Position numbers and translations under genes: made by a program. DNA of 64,000 nt, from the NCBI RefSeq assembly GCF_006345805.1, contig NC_043006.1, positions 83,948,001 to 84,012,000 of the forward strand, in the 5' to 3' direction. Below are positions 13,421 through 26,041 of this stretch, in pieces. The number at the start of each line of letters is the position of its first letter. The first letter of the stretch is position 1. The stretch comes from Octopus sinensis. Its lineage: Eukaryota. Under the pieces are notes generated by a model. That model did not search any database. It saw only the letters and a list, made by a program, of their open reading frames with translations, and was not told the origin of the DNA.

Positions 13421-14970
13421 AAACTGAAACGGAGAAACTGACATATAGACATCAGCTTATTAGAACATGATACAATTCTGAACAATATTAAACTCAATTT
13501 CAACTACAATTGTTTCCATACCCAATTAAATCAATTTGAGAAATTACATTTCAAGACAAGTATATACAGGTCCTTAAGGAAAAGATAAGGATACCCACAA
13601 AGCGTTAAATTGGTTTAACAGCATTAAATACGAAAGTAAAAACAATTCTATACAAATAGATATGAATAAGTTGTTATTCTTCAATTAACCAAATAGTTTT
13701 AAACAAGTCTTTTAATCTAAACCTTTTTCAAACCTAGACCTTATTACGGGCAACTATGAACTATACCTATTTTTTTACTGCCCATAAGAGGCTACACACA
13801 GAGGAGACAAACAAGGACAGACAAACGGATTGAGTCGATTACATCGACCCCAGTGCGTAACTGGTACTTAATTTATCGACCCTGAAAGGATGAAAGGCAA
13901 AGTCGACCTCGACGGAATTTGAACTCTGAACGTAACGGCAGACGAAATACGCATTTCGCCCGGCGTGCTAACGTTTCTGCCAGCTCGCCGCCTTAATGAA
14001 CTACACCACAAGCCTAATTACAATCTTAAATATATAAATATTAGAAGTAAGCATTCCAATTCTCTAAAACTTTCTGAGTCTGCATTTATCATCTAACAAG
14101 GATATTTAAACAAAAACGCCGACTATTATAATATGACACTCAACAAAGCTGGGTATAACAAGAAGTTAGAGTATTATGCACAAAATATCAACCACGGTGG
14201 CTCAAATAACATGGGAGTTACTCATGATAGCTATAATTTTAAAGGACCTAAAAGAAATAGAAATAAGGATAGAAAAAAGTAATAATAAAAACAAACGTCC
14301 TATAGATAAAAATTAGATGCAAAATATGAAAACCAATTTATTGAATCGTACATCGGATATTGCTCATGAAATTAGAAATAGAAATAATGAAATTAAAAAA
14401 ACGCACCCTTTAAAAATATAGTAGGATTTAAAATATTTGAAAATTATAATGTACTTTCTGATAAGAATAATCTCATTTGGTTCATTCCATTCGCTAAGCA
14501 AATGAAGAACAATTTAGTTGGATCTTTATGCAAACTATTTTCTAGACATTTTACCAAAGAAAATAGATATTATGATGTAATTAGTGCCACTTTTCTCTGT
14601 TTGGCTTTTTCTGTTTCGAAGAATATGTCCCAGATTATTTCTTCCCTTAACGAAAGGAAATTATCAAATTTCTATGACAATAATTACCCGGTTAAATGCA
14701 ACAATAATACTCTTGGAAATACTATTTGTGAAAAATATAAAAATAATTCTTCTAATGTACAAGGGGAAACAACCCATTTTAAATCCCATCTTAACCTGAA
14801 GACTAGAAGTAGTGCTGTAAATAACAGTCATACTGAATCTAATCATATAAATCATAATAGTAATATGAATAGAAATGAAAATATATATTGTGATTGCAAA
14901 GATAGAAATAACTGTTTGTTTAATAATTATAGAAAAAAAAAAAAGCGTAGTGTATAAATGCAAAGTGAAT
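13420..14970 (+). mobile_element. Degenerate Penelope-like retroelement (RT thumb to start of GIY-YIG region)
   Basis: Fragments LDLITGNYE.YHKPNYNLKYINIRS, IWFIPFAKQMKNNLVGSLCKLFSRHFTKENRYY...FSVSKNMSQIISSLNERKL and CDCKDRNNCLF..SVVYKCKV match the PLE linker and Cys motif. Begins next to (TA)n. Confidence 0.75.
13766..13995 (-). mobile_element. Young family 1 SINE inserted in the Penelope remnant
   Basis: Full head and tail, flanked by TSD ATGAACTATAC / ATGAACTACAC. Confidence 0.9.
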
Positions 14971-14999
14971 TCTGAATCTCTAACTTGCGGTCTATGTAG

Positions 15000-15690
15000 C
15001 CAACGAGATTAGACTGGGGACAATCTATGACTTCTGATCTAGAGGCCTACAGAATACTCTATCAAGACACGATCCAGTTGACCCATTGCACTTTGTCAAT
15101 CTCCACATATGCAGAAAATTCAACCGCTACCTCTAAGACAAGTAGAGCCTTCCGTGCAAATTTGCGAGGCTTTGCTTATTCTCCTATTAGCTAACTTCAA
15201 GACTGTATACATGATGGCGTTTCAATCACCCCACTAGCAATTTGGCTTCCTCGCCTTGGAGGAAGTGTAGACGGCTACGTCTCTGAAGACATGGCCTTTG
15301 CTAATGGTTCCGCCCAGTACTTTCTGGATCCAGGAAGACTGTCCATATCGTAGGATCCAGATCTTTCCTAACCAACACAGCACTCTGCTTCCTGATCTCG
15401 GCCAACTTCCTGTGCATTCACTTCGTAGCCACCAAAAGTGGGTATGAAAGCTCGTGCCTCTGTGATGGACATCACATCAATATCTATAGATATATCGTTT
15501 ACTAGGTGGCTCTGTTTCCAAGGAAACCGCAGGATACGTACACTACCTATTTTGGGTAAGGCCATGTTCGACAATATGTCGGAAAATAAGGACTATTCAC
15601 CTTATTCCAGTGGAAGGGCAGGTATTCCATCTTCCGGCTAATTCTGTGAATTTCTACGAGTAAGTCTTTGTAGAACTTTTTGCTAATATT
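15000..15690 (-). mobile_element. Degenerate Tx1/L1 APE endonuclease fragment
   Basis: MALPKIGSVRILRFPWKQSHLVNDISIDIDVMSITEAR and, after a frameshift, AVLVRKDLDPTIWTVFLDPE resemble the APE endonuclease N-terminus (D..x.x.E; G.AVL.RK). Confidence 0.55.
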
Positions 15691-17122
15691 CCATCAGAAA
15701 TATATTGCACTGGGATATTTGTTTTTTCAAGAGGTTGTATATGTTTTATATTATTTTGATGAAGCCGAGGTCGACTTTGCCTTTCAACTTTTCGGGGTCG
15801 ATTAAATAATTACCAGTTATGCACTGGGGTCGATATAACCGACTTAATCTGTTTGTTTGTCCTTGTTTGTCTCCTCTGTGTTTAGCCCCTTGCGGGTAGT
15901 AAAGAAATAGGTGATATTTTTGGTATGATGTCGTTATCGCGGGTAATATATGTATGTTAATGTATATGCTTCAATATTGCTTTTTGCTTGCGAATACGGA
16001 CGTGTAGTTAATGATTTCATTCCGTCTTCACCTCTTTACTCATCTTTCCTTCTTGTTTCCTACATCAACCACTTTGTCCTTGCCATTTCAAGTGACCTGC
16101 ATAATACTAGCACTCTAGCCACCATTTCTTGACATTTCATTTAATTTCAAACAATTACCTTTCATATCGTCTCCCATACTTCTCACACCATCTCGCACAT
16201 CACTCTATCTCCTACACTACTCACATAATCTCCCACGCGACTCGCAGTTTCCCACCATCTCCCATACTACTCACACTGTTTCCCATCTCCTCCGACGCTG
16301 CTCAAACAGTCTCTCGCACTACTCACATCACTTCCCACGCTATTTACATCGCCTCCCATACTCTTCACTTCAACCCCCTCACAGTTTACATCATCTCATC
16401 TCCTACCCTACTCACACAATCCGTCGGTGTCTTTTCCCTCTTCTCTCTCTCCCCACATCTGTCTCTCGTCTCTCACTTCCCTTTCATAATTCACAGATGC
16501 GTGTTCGAATGATAACATCCTTATTTCTGCTTCTGAACTACAGAGTGTACCTATAGATTTGAGTCAACATTATACGTAATAACAGTCTCAAGGGCAGCAA
16601 ATTTTAGGGGTAAAGTGAAGGTAAATGTTACCTTCCCGAATCATGCTGATTCATAAGGGCTAGTTTCCATGGCGTATATATTCTCCACCTGGACGGGACG
16701 CCAGTCCGTCGCAGCGTTACTCATTTTTGCCAACTGAGTGGACTGGAGCAACATGAAATGGAGTGTTTTGCTCAAGAAAACACCGCGCCACCTGGTCCAG
16801 GAATCGAAACCACAATCTTACGATCTTGAGTCCAACATTCAAACCAGTAAACCGCGCGCCTCCACAAATTTTAGGGGAGAGGATTATTCGATACCATCGA
16901 CTCCGGTATTAGATTGGTACTTTATGTCATCGAACCCCCGAAAGGATGAAAAGTAAAACTGATTTGAACTCAGAAATTGAAGAGTCGGAACAAATACCAC
17001 AAAGCATTTTTCCGACACACCACTGTAACGATTCTACCAGCTCCTGTCTTATTACTGTATACAAGGTTGGATAACCTTTACCGAGAAGCGGGCCGTATGA
17101 CACATGGGCCAGAATCTGGTGG

Positions 17123-17677
17123 GCGAAATTTTTTTCCCACGAGAGTTCTGAACCGCAGTAATGAATTCATTTGCATAGAGCCAATCAGAGCTCACCTTGG
17201 CATTGTCAAGTTTACAAACACATTCTACCAAGCAAGTTCAAGACGAAGAACTGTGTTGTAAATCGACGGATCGCCAAGTTATGCCTGATTTTAGGAGACA
17301 AGTAATTGGATATATTTGCATCTATACCCATTATCGGATTTGTTAGGGCCCTATATGGTAAATATATGGATGGGGAAATGTGGGTAGAGGGTGATGTGCT
17401 AGCAACCCTCTCCCCTTACCATTTTACAAAGTAAACAACACAAATAACCACGCAGAGGCAGCCATGGTTGAAACAAGAACAAGAACAACAAGCATTATTA
17501 AGAACCAGAAGCATTATTAAGAGAAAATAAGCATGTTCATTCCTTAACAAGTGACCCTATCTTATCGCTCATCACTGGTTATGCGCTCATAAATTAGTCT
17601 GATAGTCGAGCTCTGATTGGCTGTATGCAAATGAGTTCATAACTGGGGGTCCGGAGCGCTCGTGGGAAAAAATTCGC
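17123..17677. mobile_element. MITE-like element with about 70-bp imperfect inverted repeats
   Basis: 17123-17193 GCGAAATTTTTTTCCCACGAG...ATTTGCATAGAGCCAATCAGAGCTC is the reverse complement of 17608-17677. Confidence 0.7.
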
Positions 17678-17739
17678 ACCCGAGCGACCGCCCTACTAAA
17701 ATGATTCAAAGTAATCTTTCGTTGGTGTGCCATTCAGAA

Positions 17740-18625
17740 AGTCCTGTGGGCTACAGTTTGCCCATGCTCTGGGCTTATGTCGAACACCTGTTGTCGCACT
17801 CGAGAAGAGTACAAATGTCGAGCGAATCTGTAATTAAGATCGTTCCGCCGACCTCCCTGAATAGAGAGGAGCGAGCCTGTTTTCTCTCGGTAGTTGCGAA
17901 AGAGGTAGTATGGAAGACGAGAGTGAAAGGAATTGCTAATCGACTTTTTCGTTTTCCACATGAAACGGAAAACAATGGTAGAGAAGAAATGCCTGTCGCA
18001 AAGTGTGTTTCGTAAAAGATGGAAGTCTATAGCAAGTATGTAGCGAGTGAAAGAACCTGTTTAAACGAGAATATAAAAAAGAGAAAGCAAAGTCTTCAGT
18101 GTGAGTATGTGGTTTGTGGGGTCGACTGCGTCCTCCGCTTCATTGTTTGTTAATCACTCATTCTCATTTAATTGTATATATTTTAATTGTTTATTTATTC
18201 ATACGTTTCGTCTCATTCGACACCCTGACCCCAATGTTTGTTTTGTCTGTCCTCGTATCGTCCCCTCTTTTTCTCAACATTATCTCTCTATATATAAATG
18301 CCTGCGTGTGTGTCCTTTATACAAATCCACAATTTTCAAAACCGTCCAAGGGTGGTCGTGCACATCTTTACATTTCCCCAGTCACCCCGTAAAGCCATTA
18401 AAAAATCAATAGAAGTGACTTTTTTTTGTGAATTTTCTATCCAAAACCCAATCAAAATGCCCGAAACCTGATACGCCAATTGAATGCCAGCTAGATGTAT
18501 GTGATCGGTCGGAGATTTGGACAGTACGCGCGTGTATGTGTGCACGCACGCAGCTGTATATGCATGCACTAGCACTATGACCCGGCAACGCCGGGTCATA
18601 GTACTAGTGGTTAATAAAGAAATTG
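17740..18625 (+). mobile_element. Tx1/L1-clade LINE 3' fragment whose tail is split by a Helitron
   Basis: LWAYVEHLLSH...ESVIKIVPP...AKEVVWKTR..FHMKRKTMVEKKCLSQSVFRKRWKS resembles a Tx1 ORF2 C-terminus. The 3' UTR resumes after the Helitron as TGGTTAATAAAGAAA. Confidence 0.6.
18283..18607 (+). mobile_element. Non-autonomous Helitron, 325 bp
   Basis: 5' TC(TCTCTATATATAAA). 13-bp stem ACTATGACCCGGC-AAC-GCCGGGTCATAGT at 18574-18602. 3' CTAG. Inserted between A and T with no TSD. Confidence 0.9.
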
Positions 18626-19408
18626 ACTGTTGTATATAATAGCATCTATCACATATATACTATCAACTGTGCCCTCTTATATATAACAGCAATGAAATAA
18701 AACTCGTAATTCGTACATCAGTGATTTGCTTTATTATTGTCTTCGAAAAACGTTAGCTTTTTTTCTTCTTCTTCGTGATATATAATTTACTCGACTGTTT
18801 ATTATATTTCCATAACTTCTTTGCCAAAGCTGAACAGCATTAAGTTCCCCCGTATTCTCCTGTTTTATTAAAATATATAAATAAATAATTTTATAAATTG
18901 ATTCACAAAGAAACCATATTAACTGTACAAAATGTGTTTACATTCAGTCACATCTTCATGATACATCACATACATTCAAATAATTCTTTCAGACATTAAA
19001 ATATATCAATCACATATATGTAGACATTCTCGAGCTAATTCATTCTCTTTTATCCTTCCATAGTTTGTTTCTTTGCGAAGCCATATTATCGTGTGTTCGT
19101 TGTCTGTAGCCGTGTCGCAAACTTCATTGTCCAACACCCCACCTCTCTCTCTATTTAATTCGTTTCGCATTCACTGTTTCTTTTATAAGAGCTTACAAAA
19201 CGAATAAATTTTAAAATACGCCTTACTTTTAATAAATTATCTTTTTTTTTTTTACGTTTTTTCCTGTGCTGTTCTTCAAGACAAACTTTTTACACACCTT
19301 CCATATTCTGACAAGATTTCCAAGGACGAACTGTGAGATAAGAAGACTGCATCAACAGATTATTTTTGTCTTCTTTAAAAGTGAAAGTTAGTAAAATGTC
19401 CTTTGAAT

Positions 19409-19581
19409 TTAAAAGTCTTTTAAATTTACTTCCAAGTTCTTTTGATGGGTTTCTTTTCTCTTAGACTTTTCTCGTTTAACAAGAAAACGTATAAATGTTG
19501 GCAAAGTAAAGATCACAATTAAGGAGCCCAGAAGATAAAAGCTGACGGTGTAGTCGTTGTTGTTGTATTGAGTGATAATAC
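19409..19581 (-). CDS. SLC16/MCT-like transporter gene A, exon 5 (last; TM12 and C-tail)
   Basis: Acceptor ttttttcag, phase 1. GIITQYNNNDYTVSFYLLGSLIVIFTLPTFIRFLVKREKSKRKETHQKNLEVNLKDF* continues the frame of exon 4. Confidence 0.85.
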
Positions 19582-19630
19582 CTGAAAAAAAGATGAAATT
19601 AAAATTCAGGGTTTAGAAATGCAGAAGAGC

Positions 19631-20003
19631 TCATCATCATCATCATCATCACATCATCATCATCATCATCATCATCACATCATCATCATCATCATCATCA
19701 TTATCATCATCACATCATCATCTCATCATCATCATCACATCATCATCATCATCATCATCATCATTATCATCATCACATCATCATCATCATCATCATCAAA
19801 TCATCATCGTCATCATCATCACATCATCATCATCATCACATCATCATCATCACATCATCATCATCATCATCATCACATCATCATCGTCATCATCATCATC
19901 ATCATCACATCATCATCATCATCACATCATCATCATCACATCATCATCATCATCACATCATCATCATCACATCATCATCATCATCATCATCACATCATCA
20001 TCG

Positions 20004-20039
<36 letters not shown>

Positions 20040-20202
20040 CATCATCATCATCATCATCACATCATCATCATCATCATCATCACATCATCATCATCATCAT
20101 CATCATCACATCATCATCATCATCATCATCACATCATCATCATCATCATCATCATCACATCATCATCATCATCATCACATCATCATCATCACATCATCAT
20201 CG

Positions 20203-20235
<33 letters not shown>

Positions 20236-20309
20236 CATCATCATCATCACATCATCATCATCATCATCATCATCACATCATCATCATCATCATCATCACA
20301 TCATCATCG

Positions 20310-20346
<37 letters not shown>

Positions 20347-20504
20347 ATCATCATCATCATCATCACATCATCATCACATCATCATCATCACATCATCATC
20401 ATCATCATCATCACATCATCATCATCATCATCATCATCACATCATCATCACATCATCATCATCATCATCATCATCACATCATCATCATCATCATCACATC
20501 TTCG

Positions 20505-20540
<36 letters not shown>

Positions 20541-20719
20541 CAATCATCATCATCATCATCATCACATCATCATCATCATCATCATCATCACATCATCATC
20601 ATCATCATCATCACATCATCATCATCATCATCATCACATCATCATCATCATCATCATCACATCATCATCATCATCATCATCATCACATCATCATCATCAT
20701 CATCACATCATCATCATCA

Positions 20720-20766
<47 letters not shown>

Positions 20767-20948
20767 CATCATCATCATCATCATCATCACATCATCATCA
20801 TCATCATCATCACATCATCATCATCATCATCATCACATCATCACATCATCATCATCATATCATCATCATCATCATCACATCATCATCACATCATCATCAT
20901 CATCATCATCATCATATCATCATCATCATCATCACATCATCATCATCA

Positions 20949-20983
<35 letters not shown>

Positions 20984-21245
20984 CATCATCATCACATCAT
21001 CATCATCATCATCATCACATCATCATCATCATCATCATCACATCATCATCATCATCATCATCACATCATCATCATCATCATCATCACATCATCATCATCA
21101 TCATCATCACATCATCATCAACATCATCATCACATCATCACATCATCATCATCATATCATCATCATCATCATCACATCATCATCACATCATCATCATCAT
21201 CATCATCATCATATCATCATCATCATCATCACATCATCATCATCA

Positions 21246-21281
<36 letters not shown>

Positions 21282-21286
21282 TATCA

Positions 21287-21324
<38 letters not shown>

Positions 21325-21325
21325 A

Positions 21326-21357
<32 letters not shown>

Positions 21358-21551
21358 ATCAATCATCATCATCATCATCATCATCATCACATCATCATCA
21401 TCATCATCATCAATCATTATCACATCATCATCACATCACAATCATCATCATCATCATCATCACACATCATCAATCATCATCATCATCATCATCATCATCA
21501 CATCATCATCATCATCATCATCACATCATCATCATCATCATCATCATATCA

Positions 21552-21592
<41 letters not shown>

Positions 21593-21740
21593 CATCATCA
21601 TCATCATCATCATCACATCATCATCATCACATCATCATCATCACATCATCATCACATCATCATCATCATCATCACATCATCATCATCATCATCACATCAT
21701 CATCATCATCACATCATCATCATCATCATCATCATTATCA

Positions 21741-21772
<32 letters not shown>

Positions 21773-21925
21773 CATCATCATCATCATCACATCATCATCA
21801 TCATCACATCATCATCATCATCATCATCATCACATCATCATCATCATCACATCATCATCATCATCATCATCACATCATCATCACATCATCATCATCATCA
21901 TCATCACATCATCTCATCATCATCA

Positions 21926-21975
<50 letters not shown>

Positions 21976-22198
21976 CATCATCATCATCATCATCACATCA
22001 TCATCATCATCACATCATCATCATCATCATCATCACATCATCATCATCATCATCATCATTATCACATCATCATCATCTCATCATCATCATCATCACATCA
22101 TCATCATCATCACATCATCATCATCATCAACATCATCATCATCATCATCATCATCAATCATCATCATCATCACATCATCACATTCATCATCATCACAT

Positions 22199-22233
<35 letters not shown>

Positions 22234-22234
22234 T

Positions 22235-22284
<50 letters not shown>

Positions 22285-22289
22285 TATCA

Positions 22290-22327
<38 letters not shown>

Positions 22328-22402
22328 CATCATCATCATCATCATCACATCATCATCATCATCATCATCACATCATCATCATCATCATCATCATCATTAT
22401 CA

Positions 22403-22434
<32 letters not shown>

Positions 22435-22634
22435 CATCATCATCATCATCACATCATCATCATCATCACATCATCATCATCATCATCATCATCACATCAT
22501 CATCATCATCACATCATCATCATCATCATCATCACATCATCATCATCACATCATCATCATCATCACATCATCATCATCATCATCATCATCATCACATCAT
22601 CATCATCATCATCACATCATCATCATCATCATCA

Positions 22635-22672
<38 letters not shown>

Positions 22673-22790
22673 CATCATCATCACGTCATCATCATCATCA
22701 TCATCACATCATCATCACATCATCATCACCAACACCATCACCACCACCACCACCACCACCACCACCACTATCACCATCACCATCATCATC
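19631..22790. repeat. About 3.15-kb interrupted (ATC)n trinucleotide tract in the last intron of gene A
   Basis: Continuous ATC repeats with recurrent ATCAC variants and rare GTC/ATT variants; ends in (ACC)n. Confidence 0.97.
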
Positions 22791-23270
22791 GGAATTAGAT
22801 TTTGGAAACTAATTCTAGAATGATTTTGTATCTTGCTGCACACATATATATGCATACTATATACAAGTGCATTTGCACACACATTTATGTACACACAGAG
22901 ATACAGACGCACGCACACATACATATATGCATATGCACACGCACACACACATATACACATACACACGCACAAATGTAAATGTAATGAATAATAAAAAAAC
23001 TAACACAGGTGGGAGAAGGATTAAGCAATTACGGTATTATCTTAACGCTTTAATGGGGAGAGGGACGTTTCGGATATTAATCAATTATCAGAACAAAAAG
23101 AAAAGAAGAGGGATAAAAATTGGAATTGTCGGCGAGAAAAAAGAAGAAACTAAAGAGGGGTTAAGAAACAAGTTGGATTGTGTCTCTATGGAATGGGTTA
23201 AGAAGGAGGTGAATGAGTATGTGCAAGAATATGGGAAAGTAGTTTTTTCCTGAGATGATGTAGGTGTGTG

Positions 23271-23575
23271 TGGAGGCACATGGCCTAGTGGTTAGAGCAG
23301 CGGACTCGCGGTCGAGGGATCGTGGGTTCGAATCTCAGACCGGGCGATGTGTGTGTTTATGAGCGAAACACCTAAGCTCCACGCGGCTCCGCAGAAGGTA
23401 ATGGCGAACTTCTGCTGACTCTTTTGCCACAACTTTTTCTCATTCTTTCCTCCTGCATCTTGCAGCTCACCTGCGACGGACCGACGTCCTGTCCAGGTGG
23501 GGGAACCTATACGCTAAGAAACCGGGAAACCGGCCCTTATGAGCCAGGCATGGCTCGAGAAGGAACAAACAACAA
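23271..23575 (+). mobile_element. SINE family 3, young copy
   Basis: CpG-intact tRNA-like head and (AAC)n tail. Confidence 0.9.
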
Positions 23576-24233
23576 TGTATGTGTGTGGAAGAGTGGAAGT
23601 GAGGAAGTATTGGGGCGTAGGTTAGCGGAATCGAGAGGAATGAACAGGGTGTGACAGGCAAGAGAGAAAGAGAGAGAGGGGGAAAGAGTGTATGTTTGTA
23701 TATAGATAGATATATAGAGATAGGGGGTGAGTGTATTGTGTGTAAATAGATAAATACAAACATAACCACACACACGAGCGCATAGAAAAAGAGAAAGAAA
23801 GAGACATGGATTACTACAGATATACATACACACACGTATACGCACACGCACACACACACACTCACACACACACACACCACACACACACACAAGCTCACTA
23901 GCGAAACTACTGTCTTTGACACTGAATTCATGGAACCAATGGGTAAAGGGTCGAATGTAGTAATTTACTTAGAGAGCATAACTTTAATCTCTGAGTAAGA
24001 TCGATGCAAGAGAGAGGGAGGAATGGAGGGGAAAGCGAACAGAGATAGTCAGACAAGAGAGAGGGGGGAGAAAAGCGAACAGAAACAGATAGTCAGAGAA
24101 GAGTGAGAGAGAAGTTGAAGTACTGAAAGAAGATAGAGAAGTACAGATGTCTCAAACATTAAAGTAAAAAAATAATTCCAAACATTTAAATAGTTATGAG
24201 GAAAAAAATATGTAATAAATGGGATTACTTTAC

Positions 24234-25295
24234 CAAATATGTATCCGAAAATGGGAACGAAAATTCCCGAAACTGTCATAGTGAAACCTATGGCAAATGG
24301 ATATCGCTTCTCATCGAAAAATTCCAAAATAACAAGGATGCATACAGCCTGGTAATGTCCGTGAGCAGTCATTTCACACATTGTTAAAAATATTGCCGAT
24401 CCAGCAGACGACAGTGATGTCATCGTAGGAATGGAAGGATATATCGTAACCAAAGCTCCACTTAATATAGCAGATATGCAAAAAATAAGTAAACTTAGCG
24501 TTTTGTTTTTATAAAGCATCCATGTACTAGAAATGTGGGCTATAATTTCACCAGTAAAACCGATTCCATAAATTTGTGCAGCTTCTGAGCGAGTCGTACC
24601 TTTGCTGACGAAGAAATCGGACGTCATTGCTGATAATGTGAGTTCTGAACTGACTACTACTGTCATAGTTAGAACAAATAAAAGAAAACCTTTATTGGAA
24701 AAAATCGAGAGAAATAGAGCTTTTGGGCTAATTTCACAGGTTGTATTTTTAGTATCTTCTACTTGGTCATTAGTTTTCGAGTGTTCACGGTTCAGTGATG
24801 AGCTGTCGTCTATGGCTGGTGTAGTAGCCAAGCAGTGATCTGATGACGTATCGTTTCTTGCTAAATCTCCCGTTTCTTCTGCACAGTGACTGTTGTTGGA
24901 TTGAAGCAGAAGTTGCTCGCTGTTATGTTCAACGTAACAACTATCCGCTTTCCCCGCTTCTTCGATGTCGGTGGATAACAGTTTGTAAATATTGTCGATG
25001 TCCTTTTCTCCATATGAATCTTGACGTTGTTTTGAATTTTTATCGTTGTTGTCCATTCTATTCTTAATGGAATACATTAAACCGCAAGGTAAAGAATTTA
25101 AGGCAATGGCGGCAAATATCAATAAGCTTCCCCGCCAACCGTAAAAATCGATTAAATAAGAAATCAAAGGCGGGCAAACTACGCCACCAGCTGATCCTCC
25201 CATATCTACTAAAGGCATAAGATGTCGACCAGAATTTTCCAGATACGAAGCAACACCCACATTCATCGAGCAAAATAGAAACGAAGACCCAACAC
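24234..25295 (-). CDS. Gene A exon 4 (TM4-TM11 with large central loop)
   Basis: Acceptor ctgttttcag|GTGTT and donor TTTG|gtaaag; 1062 nt, open. Contains SYL..SGRH..GGSAGG..PPL..YLIDFYGWRGSLLIFAAIALNSLPCG, a typical SLC16 motif. Confidence 0.93.
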
Positions 25296-25482
25296 CTGAA
25301 AACAGAGAAGATACGGTATATATTAGGTTCGTTTCTCCAAGAACAAAAGGTACAACATTCTTTTTTTAGAGAGATACAAAATACATTAGTTTCGTTTCGC
25401 CTAACACAAAGGATGCAATTTTGTTTTAAAGAGATATCAAATATATTAGCTTCATCAAGCACAAATGGTACAATATATATAC

Positions 25483-25692
25483 TCTTTTATTTGTTTCAGT
25501 CATTTGACTACGGCCATGCTGGAGCACCGCCTTTAGTCGAGCAAATCGACCCCGAGACTTATTCTTTGTAAGCCCAGTACTTATTCTATCGGTCTTTTTT
25601 GCCGAACCGCTAAGTGACGGGGACGTAAACACGCCAGCATCGGTTGTCAAGCAATGCTAGGGGGACAAACACAGACACACAAACATATACAT

Positions 25693-25741
<49 letters not shown>

Positions 25742-25906
25742 TACGACAGGCTTCTTTCAGTTTCCGTCTACCAAATCCACTCACAAGGCATTGGTCGACC
25801 CGGGGCTATAGCCGAAGACACTTGCTCAAGATGCCACGCAGTGGGACTGAACCCGGAACCATGTGGTTGGTAAGCAAGCTACTTACCACACAGCCACTCC
25901 TGCGCC
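25483..25906 (-). mobile_element. SINE family 2, young copy with internal (TA)n
   Basis: Near-identical reverse complement of 28816-29230. Confidence 0.92.
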
Positions 25907-26041
25907 ACTTATTTTTAAACCTGGTACTTATTTTATCGATCTCTGTTATGCATGTCGAACTTCTAGAATACGAGACACAAGCAACCAACTACAAACACAG
26001 ACACATACACGCACACACATGGGTGTATGTGTGTATGCATG

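Noticed and set aside
19619-22798. 1059-aa poly-Ser/His/Ile ORF as a real protein
   Set aside because: (ATC)n has no stop codon in any plus-strand frame. It lies antisense inside an intron of gene A and has no domain content.
23271-23345. tRNA gene
   Set aside because: The tRNA-like head continues into a SINE body that is repeated many times in the window, and no proper acceptor stem is evident.
24049-24233. C-terminal extension of the 405-aa ORF
   Set aside because: Intron read-through past the donor at 24233. The true TM12 is in the exon at 19409-19581.
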